A DNA stretch of 64,000 nt from the human T2T-CHM13v2.0 reference genome, Homo sapiens. The notes beneath the pieces are model-generated. The model was not told the DNA's origin. It saw nothing but the letters and a program-made list of their open reading frames with translations, and ran no database searches. The position numbers and the translations under genes were made by a program. Numbering within the stretch: position 1 is the stretch's first letter; each line of letters begins with the position of its first letter. Positions 43,501 to 61,950 of this stretch are shown piece by piece. The stretch lies in the NCBI RefSeq assembly GCF_009914755.1, contig NC_060929.1. The stretch is one strand, 5' to 3'.

Positions 43501-44569
43501 TGCTATTCTACACTGCCTATCTAGTGACTAGCTGTGTGAGCTCGGGGAAGAGACTAACCATCTCCAGGTCTTGGAGTCGCTTTGCCCAAATAGAGATGAC
43601 AGTCTCAGCAATGCCTACATCGCAAGGTTGTAATAAGGACGATTTTATTTAATAACTGTATAGTAAAATGTTCACAGAAATCTTACAACTGTGGATGATG
43701 GTACTGATATGGTACTAGCATATAATGTAAGGGATGGTCATCCTCCTACTCCTTGTTCCATGAAATACTCCTTCTCCCGAGAAATACTGTCTGCAGCTGA
43801 TTAATTTTAGGACAACAAGGCTAAGCTACTATGAATGAATCAATTCTGAGCATTTGATTTTCCTTAAAGAATGCTGTAAAGTCACTTTTTTAAAATTCCT
43901 CCTATTAAATGCTTCCCTGAGTTAAATCTGCGAGAGAACCATCTTTCTTCATTGGCAGCCCTCTAAAGTGCTGGAGTTCCCTGCTGCAACTAACGTTCCT
44001 CCAGAGGCCTTAATAGATTGCTGAAATTCTGAACTTTAATATTGCAATAACATTGGTTTTGCCTTAATATGCTGTAAAAAAAAAGTTTTATAAAAATAAG
44101 CCACAGTTTCTATGCATATTTTCACATCCACGGTATTTGCGTATATGTGGTTTTCTGTAAGCTTTTTTCCATCCTTGAAATCATAAAAATGCTCAAACTA
44201 ATGAAAAAAAAAAAGAAACCAATTTCACTGGAGATCATTACTGGCATGATCCTGCTTCATACATTTGTCAATTAAATATGTTTTTGGAAGTGCCTGTGGA
44301 CTACATTGTGAAGGTTATTAACTCAAAAGAAATGGCTGTATGCAGGTCATGAGAATATTATCATCCTTCCCCTCTTTTTCTACTCCTATATTGTATCTTT
44401 ATTGTTTCAAAACTATACCCAAGCTCGGGATGGTTTTATAAATAACAGTGAATTTCTAATTTTTCCACAATTTAAGCATAACAATTTTTTGCTCAAATTT
44501 TATGCTTAAAGTTGAAAATATAAATATAGCCCACACCTAGATGTCCATGCCATCCAAAAGCCACTGATT

Positions 44570-46625
44570 CGTACTCATTAGGGTGGCTATTATTAAAAAT
44601 GGAAAATAACAAGTGTCGGCAAGAATATGGAGAAATTAGAACATTTATGCATTGCTGGTGTGAATATAAAATGTTGCAGCTGCTGTAGAAAATAGTTTGA
44701 TGGTTTCTCAAAAAGTTAAACAGAATTACCATGTAATCCAGCCATTCTACTCTTAGTTATATATCCAAAAGAATTGAAAACAAGGACTCAAACAGATACT
44801 CATATATCAATCTTCATAGCAGCATTATTCATGATAGCTAAAAGGTGGAAACAACCCAAATGTCCATCAACAGATGAATAAACAAAATGTGTTATATGTG
44901 CAATGCAATATTCAGCCTTAGAAAGGAGTAAAATTCAGCCTTAGAAAGGAGTAAAATTCTGATAATCCTACAACATGGGTGAATCTTCAAAATATCACAC
45001 AAAGTGAAATAAGCCAGACACAAAAGGACAAATAGCATATTATTCCATTTTTATGAGATACTTAGACTAGTTCAGCCCTGACAGACAGAGAGTAGAGTGG
45101 TGGTTGCCAGGGGCTGGGGGCAGAAAGAGTAGGAATTATTTTTTAATAAGTATAGCATTTCTGTTTGGGATGATAAAAAATTCCTGGGAACGAGTAATGT
45201 CGACTATCACACGGCATTTTGAATGTACTTCATGCCACTGAAACGTATATTTTAAAATGGTTAAAGTGGTAAATTTGTATGTATTTATTTACTTTTATTT
45301 TTTAACTTTTATTTTAGGTTCAGAGGTACACGTGTAGATTTGTTACATAGATAAATTGTATGTCACAGGGGTTAGGTGAATTATTTCATCACCCAGGTAA
45401 TCAGCATAGTACCTGATAGGTAGTTTTTTTGTCCTCACCCTCCTCCTACCTCCCACATAAAGTAGGCCCCTGTGTCTGTTCTTCCCTTCTTTGTGTCCAT
45501 GTGTACTCAGTATTTAGCTCCCACTTATAAGTGAGAACATGCTGTGTTTGGTTTTCTGTTCCTGTCTCAGTTTGTTTAGGATAACAGCCTCCAGCTCCAT
45601 TCATGTTCCTGCAAAGGACATGATTTCGTTTTTTTTATGGCTGCGTAGTATTCCATGATGGATATGTATCACATTTTCTTTATCGAGTCTAATGTTGATG
45701 GTCATTTAAGTTGATTCTATGTCTTTGCTATTGTGAATGTGTTGTGATGAACATACATGTGCATGTGTCTTTATGATAGAATGATTTCTATTCCTTTGAG
45801 TATATAACCCAGTAATGAAATTGCTGGGTAGATTGGGAGTTCTGTTTTACATTCTTTGAGAAATCACCAAACTGCTTTCCACAATAGTTGAACTAATTTA
45901 CATTCCCACTAGTGGTGCATAAATGTTCCCTTTTCTCTACAACCTCACCAGCACTTGTTATTTTTTGACTTTTTAGTAATAGCCATTTCTGACTGGTGTG
46001 AAATGGTATCTCATCATGGTTTTGATTTGCATTTCTCTAATGATTAGTGATGTTGAGCTTTTTTTCATATGCTTGTTGACTCATGTATGTCTCCTTTTGA
46101 AAAGTATCTGTTCATGTCCTTTGCCCACTTTTTAATGGTGTTGTTTTTTGCTTGTAAATTTAAGTTCCTTATAGATTCTGGATATTAGACCTTTGTTGGA
46201 TGCATAGTTTGCAAATATTTTCTCCCATTCTGTAGATTGTCTGTTCACTCTTGATAGTTTATTTTGCTATGCAGAAGCACTTTAACATAATTAAGTCCCT
46301 TTTGTCAACTTTTGTTTTTGTGGCAATTGCTTTTGGCATCTTCACGAAATCTTTGCCAGGTCCTATCTCCAGAATGGCATTTCTTAGGTTGTCTTCTAAG
46401 GTTTTTATAGTTTTGGATTTTACATTTAAGTCTTTAATCCATCGTGAGTTGATTTTTGTACATGGTGTAAGGAAGAGGTCCAGTTTCAGTCTTCAGCAGA
46501 TGGCTAGCCAGTTATCCCAGCACTATTTATTGAATAGGGAGTCCTTTTCCTACTGTTTGTTCTTGTCAATTTTGTTGAAGATCAAATTTTATGTTATGTA
46601 TATTTTACTACAATAAAAATAATGA
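44570..46625 (+). mobile_element. L1MB 3' end (44570-45282, tail resumes ~46584-46625)
   Basis: ggaaaataacaagtgtcggcaagaat..., 3'UTR ending tttatgttatgtatattttactacaataaaaat. Confidence 0.8.
45283..46583 (-). mobile_element. 5'-truncated L1PA13-16-like element inserted antisense into the L1MB tail
   Basis: T-rich tail, then aggttcagaggtacacgtgtagatttgttac (reverse L1PA 3' end); flanks aaatttgtatgt / aaattttatgt. Confidence 0.8.
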
Positions 46626-46874
46626 AGACTAATGACTTGTGAAGGTAGACTGTGTACCATGTACTTAATAGATAAAACTTACAAATATCATCAACTTAGT
46701 TTTAATAATACTAAGATTTACAAACAAAATTAACATTTTATTCAAAAAATTAAATGCCAGTAATTGCACAATCCCTTTTTGGTGTTTCTATCCCCAAATA
46801 CTTATCAAGTATTAATTTTGTAGCAAACACACTGGCACTAGCGTTACAAAAGTGACTAAGCCACAGTACCTAAC

Positions 46875-47273
46875 TTCTACAGTCTGAATGTGTGTGTCAC
46901 TCAACCCTAAAATTCATGTATTGAAATGTAGTAACCAATGTGATGAAACTAGGAGATGGGTTATTTGGGAAGTGATTAGATTATGGGTGGGATCCTCATG
47001 ATTGTGATTAGTTTCCTTATAAACATGACCCCAAAGAACTGCCTTTACCCTTCCAACATGTTCCAGAGAACTGCCTTTACCCTTCCACCATGTGAGGACA
47101 CAGCAAGAAATCAGCAGTCTGCAACCTGAATGAAGGCCCTCACCAGAATCCAACTGTGCTGGCACCTTAATCTTGGCCTTCCCAGCCTCTACAACTGTGA
47201 AAAATGCATTCTGTTGTTCATAAGCCACACAGCCTATGGTGTTTTATTATAGAATCCCAAGTAGGCCAAGATG
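46875..47273 (+). mobile_element. MLT1A/B-like MaLR solo LTR
   Basis: ccaccatgtgaggacacagc...ccctcaccagaa; perfect TSD CTAAC at 46870-46874 and 47274-47278. Confidence 0.8.
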
Positions 47274-47677
47274 CTAACATGGAGGTAATATGTTACAGAA
47301 TCCCAAGATACTAACATGGAGGTAATAGCAAGGAACACAATCGTTGGGAACACTGACGTACAAATCCAGCATCCTAATACATCATAAGTATGTTGGTAGA
47401 AGCACTTAAGAAGCATATGATGTGCCAAAGTAAATAATCTTGTGCAGCGGTTAGTCTGAGAAGGCTTCCCAGAAGGAGAGACATTCTTTCTGAGTTTTTA
47501 AGGATGAATGAAAGTTTGCCAAGGGAAGAAGAAAACTGGAGAAGAACAATGCCCTGGCAGAGAAGGTTCATCAGTGAGGACAGCGTCAGTCTTGGTGCAG
47601 AAGGTGCCAGGCTGTGGCAGGTGAGCCTAAAGTCATAAGCTGGCACCAGATCACAGAGGCACTTTAATAGCTTATTA

Positions 47678-48061
<384 letters not shown>

Positions 48062-49030
48062 TCATGTTTTAGAAACACTACTCTGGTCTTGGGAGAGATG
48101 AGGGTAGATTGGATAGAGTAAAATAAGAGACAGGGAGAGTGATTAGATGATATCATAAAAGTCGAATTCATTATTCTAACAAATATTTACTGAATGTCTG
48201 TTACATGTCAGGCACTATTTCTAGGCTCTGGAAATATAGCATTAAACAAAACAGAAAGAAAATCCCTTTTCTCATGGAGTTGATGGAGAGAAAACAAGGT
48301 AAACAAATCTCATGAGGCTATGAGAACTTTTTCTCACTTAAAGCCTTCATGTAACTAGAAATACAAGAATTTAAGAATGTACCGGCTCAAAAACAAGACT
48401 GCAAAAAAACACTGATGCTATTTTTCTTCTCTTCATAATAGGAAGATTATTTCAAAGACAGGGTCATAACTGCTTTTCTTAAATTACTACTGCCTAATTC
48501 CATGTGAATTCAATCTGCATTGGGAAGGATTTGAGATAATAATAGGAAAGACTTTCTTAATAATATAAATCATCTCCAATGAAATGAATCCCTTCAGTTA
48601 TCTGTGGTTTTAGCCTTCCTGGGTATCTTTATAAAAATTAAGCTTGTTTCATGTCTTTGGTTTGGGCACTTCAGGTCTGGTTCACTCAAAGGCTAAAAAA
48701 ATGTCCTTTATAGCAGTGGTGATTCACAGGTTCTCCCGGTTAGGATTCTGTGATGGAGGGTCTGGCCTGGGCCTTTCATTTACCTGTTTTCTCTGCTTAT
48801 GTAGACCATCCAGCTGATGTGTCTACACAGTTCCAGAAAGATGAAAAAGATCCTTGTCTGCAGCCCCACATTGTCTATGCTCTAAGTTTTTAATATTTTT
48901 ACAGGCTTCTCTTATTATTCAAGTAGACTCACACTCAGTAAATCCTGTGGTTCCCCTGAACTCAGTTGACATTATATCCATAGCCTCCTTGTTATTATTA
49001 TTATTACAGATTTATTTGTATATTTGTATG

Positions 49031-51289
<2,259 letters not shown>

Positions 51290-52199
51290 CACCTCACCCT
51301 TTTTAACAATGAGAACGCACTGTGTGCCTGTCAGGTAGAGAAACTACCAAGATTATACAACCCTGTCTCCGCTATAGAGGAACTTGAAATTCAATGGGAA
51401 ATAGAATTAAAGTTTTTGAATGGGAAATAATAAAGGCAACATATGTTAGGTACTTCAAAATCATCTCTACCCTCTTGGAAATGCCGCCATGAATTTCAGT
51501 ATTCTCTGATTCGGGCCCTGAGCAACACTGGCCAGGACAGACCTCTCTTTCCTCTCTGCCAACCTTCCCTCTTGTCTTCCCCTAGAAAGCTGCCATGGAG
51601 CCTTCATTGAACCCTTACCATGGGACAGCCACTGAGCTAAGAGCATTGCATGCATGAGCTCACATAATCCTCACAACACCAAATGGAGATATCATTAGCT
51701 CCATTTCACAGAAGAAGCAATCAAGGTTTACAGAGAATAGAGAACCTGGCAAAGTCATCCAGCCTGTGTGTGGTAGAAGAAGATTTGAATTAAATACTTT
51801 CCGCCTCCAAAGTCCTTGCTGTTAACTGAGCCGTGCTGCCTCCCAGATGGTCACAGTCATTGCTCCCTTCATCTGAATTTCCTCTTCTCTGTGCATGCTT
51901 TTTCTCACATGGGTAAGTATCAAAAACTTTTCCTGTTCTCGGATTTTAAGCCTTCTGGTTTTCTTTAAAGCACTCGGAAAATCCTATCTTTTGCTGGAAG
52001 TTGTCCTGACTGAAGGGAGCTCAGTCAAAAACTCCCCATCTGCATCCCAGGCAAACTCGTTGTCCCTTCCACTCCTCAGCAGTCACTCAGGCATTAAATA
52101 TTTATAGGATCTCATTCCTGCAAACCATTACCATCAGTGGTAGAACTGAACTGAACTCATTGACTGGAAATATATGGCTCTTGGTTCCTTTTTTTTTTT

Positions 52200-53660
52200 T
52201 TTGCTTCTTTAGTCCAGTCCCTTGGTTTATTTGTCTAATGGCTGTGCTGGTATAACACCGATTTAGTTATTATTGCTCTATAATAAATCTTAATAATGAA
52301 AGGGCAAGACCCTCTTTCTTCTTACTCATTGTCAGAAGTGTGTAGGCTATCCTTCCATATTTGTTAAACTTAATTTCATGAGAAGCCATTTTGTAATTTT
52401 ATTGAAATTGCATGAAATCTACAGATGAATTTAGGAAGAAGTGACATCTCTATGGTATTGAGTCTTTCAAACCTTAGTATGGCACATCTCTTCCATAATA
52501 CAAGTTTTTCTTTCATCCTTAAAGTTGTATAGTTTTCTACATAACAATCTTACAAAAATGTTTAATAAGTTTATTTCTTGGTGCCTTTCACTATTTCTTA
52601 CTATTATGATTGTGTTCTTCTTTTCTATTGTATTTTCCATCTGGTTATTTTAAGAGCACCAGAAAGCTATTTTGTTTTTGCATGTTGATCTTTGTATCCT
52701 ACAAACATTTCAAGGCCTCTTATTAGTTGTATTATTTGTTCATTCACTCTGATTTTTTGTGTGCATATGTTATCTGCAAATTGGACAGTTTCCATTCTTT
52801 TAAATCTTTATACTTCATTTTTTATTGTCTTATTGAATTTACTAGGACCTCCCGCACAATATTCAGCAATAAGAATGACAGCAAACATCCTTATCCTATT
52901 CCTACTTGAAAAGAAATGTTTCCTATTTTACTATTAAGTATGATGTTAACCATAGATTTATGGTTTAGCTTAAGGATACTCCCTCCTTTTCGTAAGTTGC
53001 TTAAAATTTTTAATTATAAATATACTGAATTTTATTAAAGACTTATTTATTCTAATAATATTTTAATGTGGTCATTTGAATTTTAATATTTAAAATATTG
53101 TTCCATTCCTAAGATATACCCTACTTGGTCACAGTGAAATATCTTTTAAAAATTTTTATTTTTCTATTACGTGGAATTTTGATTTGCTTATGTATTTTTT
53201 TCTTACTTTACCACTTGAGTTAATAAAAGTCATACAAAATGAGCTTTCTCTGTTTTTCTGTCCTCTGGAAAAAATAACTAAAGAGAATGATAATTTCTTC
53301 CTTGAAGTTTAGGCAAAAGAAGTTGTCCTTAAAACAATCTGGGCCTGGTTCTTCTTGGATTGGATGTGGAGATTTTCTTATTAACTCCATGTATTTAATA
53401 ATTATTGATCTAGTGAAGTTCTCTATTAATATTAAGTAAATTTTATAATATATATGTTTTTCTACAAAGCTATCTATTTGACGTATTTTCAGGCTTATTA
53501 TTATATTACAAACTATTCATTTACCATTTTAACCATTTTTAATGCTTCCTATCTTTATACATATTAATTTTTTTCTAACATATTGTTTGCTTGATTCTCT
53601 TCATTTCATGCAGTTTGCCAGAGGTTTATTTATTTTATTATCATTTTCATATCTTTAACC
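52200..53660 (-). mobile_element. Ancient L1M ORF2 fragments
   Basis: T-rich degenerate reverse L1 (gaagaagtgacatct, catgttgatctttgtatcct, cctggtt). Confidence 0.6.
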
Positions 53661-54798
53661 AGTTTTTGTTTGCAGTGTTTTTTAATTGACCTATAAAAAA
53701 CTGCACATATTTAAAGTATAAAATTTGATAAATTGAATCATATGCATACATCCAAAAAACCATCACCAAATTACCTGCAAACATTACTAGGAAATAAATA
53801 CAGGTTAATAGATATTTGTATTACTTTTGCAATTTTTTCCTTCCACTCCTCCTCACCTCCTATCTACTCTCAAACAACCACTGATCTGCTTTCTGTTAGG
53901 ATTGATCTGTTTGCATTTCCTAGAATTTTATATAAGTTGACTCATTTAGCAAATAATCATTTTGTATCATTTTTTTCACTCACACAAAATTATTTTGAGT
54001 TTTATCCATGCTATAATGTGCATCAATAGTTCATTCCTTTTTTTGCTGAAGAGTATTCCATTGTATGGATATATTATGGTTTGTTTATTCGTTCACTTGT
54101 TGATTGACATGTGGGGTTTTTTTTGATATGAGCTGTTACAAGTAAGGTTGCTATGAACATTCATGTCCAAGTCTTTGTATGGACATATGCTTTCCTTTCT
54201 TTTGGGTAAATACTTAGAAGTGAAGTAGCTGGATCATATGGTAGGTATATGTTTAAGTTTTTAGAAAACTGCCAAAATGAATTGCAAATTGGTTGTATAA
54301 TTTTACATTTCCATTTGCAGCATATGAGAGTTCCATTTCCTCCACATCCCTACCAACACACAATATGGTCAGTCTTTGGAATTTTGGCCATTCTAATTGA
54401 TATGTAGTTGTATCTCATTGTGGTTTTTATTTATATTTTCCTAATTACTAACAATGTTGAACATTGCTTCATGTGCATATTTGTCCTCTGCATATTTTCT
54501 TTAGTAAGGCATATTTTTAAATATTTTGCCCATTTTTTACTTGGGTTGTTTTCTTATTTTTGAGATTTAAGATTTTTTTCAAAAAAATATTCTAGATAAA
54601 TCTACTATAAATATTTGCAAATACATTTCCCCAGACTTTGTCTTGTCTTTTCATTCTCTTAACAATGTATTTTGAAGAGTAGACATTTTTAATTTGGATG
54701 AAAGCCAATTTAACAATTTGTTCTTTTATGGATTGCTATGTTTCTGTTGTATATAAAAGATATTTACCTAATCTAAGGTCACAAAAGTTTTCTCCTAA

Positions 54799-57122
<2,324 letters not shown>

Positions 57123-57686
57123 GTATTCTAGAAATATTGTGGAAGTCTTACAATTAGGTCCATGATTTATTTTGAGTTAATTTTTGTGTAATGTATGAGA
57201 TATGGATAAAAATTTATTTTTTTTCATATGAATATCCAATTGTTTCAACACCATTTATTTTAAAGACTAACTTTCCCCAACTGAATTGTCTTTACACCTT
57301 TGTATAACACCAGTTTTTCATATATGTGTGGGTTTATTACTGGGATCTACATTTAATTCTATTAATCTATTTGTCTGTCATTATGCCAATACCATATTGT
57401 CTTGATTGGTGTCGTTTTATAATAAGTCTTGAAATCAGGTAACTTTAGCCTTCCAATCTTGTCCTTTTTCAAGGTTGTTTGGCTATTGTAGGTCCTCTGT
57501 ATTTCCATGTGAATTTTAGAATTAGTGTGTCGATTCTACCCACACCCAACCCATAGCCTTTTAAATGCCTACTTGAATTTTAATTGGAATTGCATTGGAT
57601 GCATAGATGAACTTGGATAGAACTGATATCTTGACAATATTGAGTCTTCTGACACAAGAACACAAGATATCTTTAAATTAGGTCAT

Positions 57687-58048
57687 TGTATTAATCTGTT
57701 CTCATGCTGCTAATAAAGACATACCTGAGATTGGGTAATTTACAAAGGAAAAGAAGTTTAATTGACTCATAGTTCCACATGGCTATGGAGACCTCACAAT
57801 CATGGCAGAAGGTGAATGAGGAGCAAAGTCATGTCTTACATGGCAGCTGGAAAGGGAGTGTGTACATGGGAACTCCACTTTACAAAACCATCAGATCTCA
57901 TGTATCACGAGAACAGCACAGGAAAGACCCACCCCCGCCCCTGCCATGATTCCATTACCTCCCACCAGATCTCTCTCAAGACACATGGGAATTATGGGAG
58001 CTACAATTCAAGATGATATTTGGGTGGGGACACAGCCAAACCATATCA
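57687..58048 (-). mobile_element. THE1 (B/C-like) solo LTR
   Basis: tgtattaatctgttctcatgctgctaataaagac ... ccaaaccatatca; TSD GTCAT / GTCTT. Confidence 0.9.
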
Positions 58049-60047
58049 GTCTTATTCAATGTTTCTCAGGAGGGTTTTAGAGATTTTACTATACAGGTAT
58101 TTCATATCTTTTCCCAGATTTATATCTAAATAGTTCATATTTTAGAGGCTAGTGTAAATTTTTTTTAATTTCTATTTCTGATTGTTGCTAGCATATAGAA
58201 ATATAATTGTTTTGTATATTGACCTTGTATTCTCAGTCTTTCTGAACTTACTTATTCTAGCAGTTTTGGGGTAGATTTCATCAGATTTTCTGCATAGATA
58301 GTCATGTTTTCTGGGGATAAAGCAGCGATACTTCTTCCTTTAGAGTCAGGTGTTGTGTGTCTCTTTTTCCTGCCTTATTGTACTGGAGAGGATACCAGTG
58401 CAATATTCAAAGTGGAGAGGAGTTTTTTCAATAAACAAACAAATATTAAAGTAGATATTATTGTCATGTTCCTGATCTTAAGCATTTTCAGGGAGGCGGC
58501 AAGAGAAGAACCATCCAAGAATCTAAATTCAAAAGGATCTGAATTTTAAACTATTGTGATTAACTAAGGCATTCAAATATAAATCCTATTGGGTAAAATG
58601 CTACATGAAATATTGAAGCTTATTTTAGATTTCTCTACTTTCGATTTAGTGGAGTTTCTAAGGAAGATCCTTAGTAAGATGTATATGTGTGAGATATTTG
58701 AAAAGAAGAAACCAGTATGGATATTGGAATCATCACATCTGTCCATGAAATGTCACTCAGACAAATGTCAGGAAGAGGAGAGGTCAATGGGAACAAACAT
58801 TGTACCTCAGTAGCTTCCAACTTCCTGTTCTTTGCATTACAGCACTACCAGGAACTGTAATGAGAAATGCCACTTCTAGAGATTTGAGTAACTTTGCTCT
58901 GGGCATCTAAAAAAAAATGTGTGTAAACATGCGTGTACACACACACCACCTGCCACATCTGAGTTTTCATGGGGGCACTTATGAAGGTGACTTCATATCA
59001 GAATGGAAATTTGGGATTCATAATAATATTGTTATTGTGATTACTCGAAATACCTTTATCAGACTGCACTCAGAAGGAACCTGAACTAAATGTTCTAAGA
59101 GGCTCCTATGGTTTAATAGGTGGCTCAAATAATTTTTCATCACCTTTGAATGCAGGATTAGATGAGTTTTGAACAGATCTTGGTGGTGCTGGCTCTGGTT
59201 AGAGCACACCACAACTGAGACACCTGGCTGAGGCCCAGGCTGGAGGAGAAGGCTTATGATTGGCCCAGACAAGACAAATGGTATGAAGTGTGCTCAAACC
59301 AAATGATCCCTGCTCAGAGTGAAGCTGGCAATGACCCAGGGACTACCACAGGAGTCCTCAGTCAATCTGGGCCAAGATCATCAAGTTATAGGATATTTAA
59401 ATTATGAGGGTCTTTAGAGGTTCATTTATTCCAACCCTTTCATTTCATTGCTGAAGATACTGAGGCCTGAAGTAAACAGACTTATCCAAGCTCTCCCAGC
59501 TGATTATCAAAGGAATCAAGCTAAGAACTCAGCTCTTCTGACCCCTGGTCAAACGCTCTTCCTACAACACGGTATTCTTTCCTATAATTGTTTGATATCT
59601 GCCACCACCTGCCTTGTCAAATATTAAAATAAGTGAGGAAAAAGTATGGGTTGACCTAAATTGTCTGAATAATAGAGAGTAAATGCTACCCAGGCATAGC
59701 CACATATGGAAGCTGACCATCTAGAGAGTAATATATTCAAACACTCTCTAATCATAAATCCCTGTGGAAATGAATAGCAAGCAAATAATTTCCCCTTAGG
59801 GAACCCAGTATGCCTCACCATTTCTTCCAGACGTTCTCCAACTCTCTTTACCTACTATCACTGTAATGCTCAGCTTATCATGCCATGAGCAGGCACATTC
59901 TCTATTTGAGGAAGAAAATCAATGTATGGGTTAGAGATCTCTGGTCCAGTTTCTTAGGTCCATACTAGAAAACAACCAATAGCCAGCTCCATAAACACAG
60001 AAGCATCTGTCTGAATTATTGAATCTGAAAAACGTGTGCTCAGGGAC

Positions 60048-60052
60048 TTTTT

Positions 60053-60124
<72 letters not shown>

Positions 60125-60125
60125 T
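60048..60125. repeat. (CTTT)n microsatellite
   Basis: Directly visible. Confidence 0.97.
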
Positions 60126-60135
60126 GTTATATGAC

Positions 60136-60516
60136 TGCTATTGTCTGATTGTTTATGCACCCCCCGCCCCCAAATTCATATGTTGAAGTCTTCATTCCCA
60201 AGGTGATGGTATTAGGAGGTGGGGCCTTTGTGAGGTGATTAGGTCATAGGGGCAGAGCCCTCATGAATGGGCTTAGTGTCCTTATATAAGAGGCCTTAGA
60301 GAAACCCTCCCCACCCCCGCCACCCATTTTACCATGTGAGGACACAGTGAGAAGACACTATGAACCAGAAAGTGTGCCCTCACCAGACACGAAATCTGCT
60401 GGCACCTTGATCTTGAATTGTCCCGCCTTAAGAAGTATGAGAAATAAATTTATGTTGTTTATAAGCTACTCACCTTATGATATCTTATTACAACATCTGG
60501 AAAATAGACTAAGACA
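60136..60516 (+). mobile_element. MLT1A-like MaLR solo LTR
   Basis: tgctattgtctga...ccaaattcatatgttgaag...gactaagaca; TSD ATGAC / GTGAC. Confidence 0.85.
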
Positions 60517-61072
60517 GTGACCTAGAGCAAGTTACCATTCTGAGTCTCAATTTCCTTGCACACAGAAAGGAAATAATAACATCTTCCTCATAGGCCTCTT
60601 TAAATGAACTGGTAAGTTATCTAATCCATGCAAATGTCACTTCTTTCTTCTGCCTTCTACTCCTTCATCCAAGGTTTAAAAATTCTTTCAATGATGATTG
60701 TTATGGTAATAAGAAAAACAGTTCTTAAGTACTCTTCACTCTGGCCAGTCAGCAAAGAAATTGCTTTTAACAGAACTGTTTTCTAACTTCAGCTCGGCAT
60801 TCACCAGCTGACGACTTGATTATCAGCACCAGAAGTTTCATCCACTTAAGAACATGAGACAAATCTGAGATGTGTTAACAAGGCAGTAGACATGTGTTGT
60901 GCACTCTTTAAGTGTTTACCATCTGAAGATCACCAGGATGAGTAAACCATATCTCTGTGGGTGTCTTTATGGTTCTGAGATTCTTTGATCATCACCATTA
61001 GCTATCAAAGGTGCACTGCCTATTGAAAAAGGAAGGTTACTTGCTTCAGCCCTGCTCTCTGCCTGGTCACAG

Positions 61073-61530
61073 TATGTTAGTCTGGGTCCTCTGAGAAGCA
61101 GGTATCATGAGAGGGTTAAATATGCAAGTATTTTATTAAGGCAAACCCCTGTGAGGGAACATGGGAAGGGAGCCAGGAGAGGCTATGAGAGTTATCATAT
61201 CTTTATGTAGGTCTGACCCTTGTGAAGGACAGAAGGAAGAAGGCAAGTTGGGTGGGAGAATCTTAAATGGCAGTGCAGGGTCAAGGAAGTTCAGCAACAC
61301 AGCTAGGGAATTACTCAGCTCAAGCTGTCCACCAGAGGAGTCCTCCCCCGCTGGAATGAGCCATCCTCGGGATCCCTGCTGGGCTCAGTCATTGGTTGGC
61401 AGCAGCCTATGGCAAGTATGGCTTCAGCACCAATTCCAGTATGGATTTCCAGGCTCAGCAGCTGAGACCTTCAGTCAATTCTGCTCCTGCAGTGAGAGAT
61501 CTGAGAGGCACATCCTCACGGCTACCTCAA
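61073..61530 (-). mobile_element. Old MLT1 (I/K-like) LTR
   Basis: gttagtctgggtcctctgagaagcag...ggtctgacccttgtgaagga...tcagtcattggttgg. Confidence 0.65.
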
Positions 61531-61739
61531 ATACTACAACCAGCAGCAACATTGCTAAATACATAAAGTACACATCGGTAACAAACTAAAATGTCAACTG
61601 ACACAAGTAAGATGGCAGTTCATTATTTTGCCACCTCAGGTTCTCTCATTTGTAAACTAAAAAACAGTAATAGCAGAACAGTAATCTAAAAGTTTGCTTT
61701 CATCCTGGACTGCTAGGAATACACCATAATATTCACAAC

Positions 61740-61950
61740 CACTGATGAGCACTTCTCACTTCATATACAACTTCTTGCTTAATCTTTATGTAAATCCTAT
61801 TGAGGAAATATTATCTGCAGTTTGCAGATGGAGAAACTGAGCCTTAGCCAGGTTATGTAACTTGTTCAAGGTTATACGACTAGTAAATGGTGAAACTGAA
61901 ATTGAAAAAATAGACTGATTCCAAAGCACATGCACAAAGCCACTCCTCCC
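61740..61950 (-). mobile_element. MIR
   Basis: tttgcagatggagaaactgag...taacttgttcaaggttatac.actagtaaatgg. Confidence 0.7.

Noticed and set aside
43340-43700. Oppositely oriented MIR-like segments as another inverted duplication
   Set aside because: Similarity looks only family-level; most likely two independent MIRs.
59954-60160. Lys/Glu/Arg-rich ORF (KKER repeats)
   Set aside because: Translation of the (CTTT)n microsatellite.
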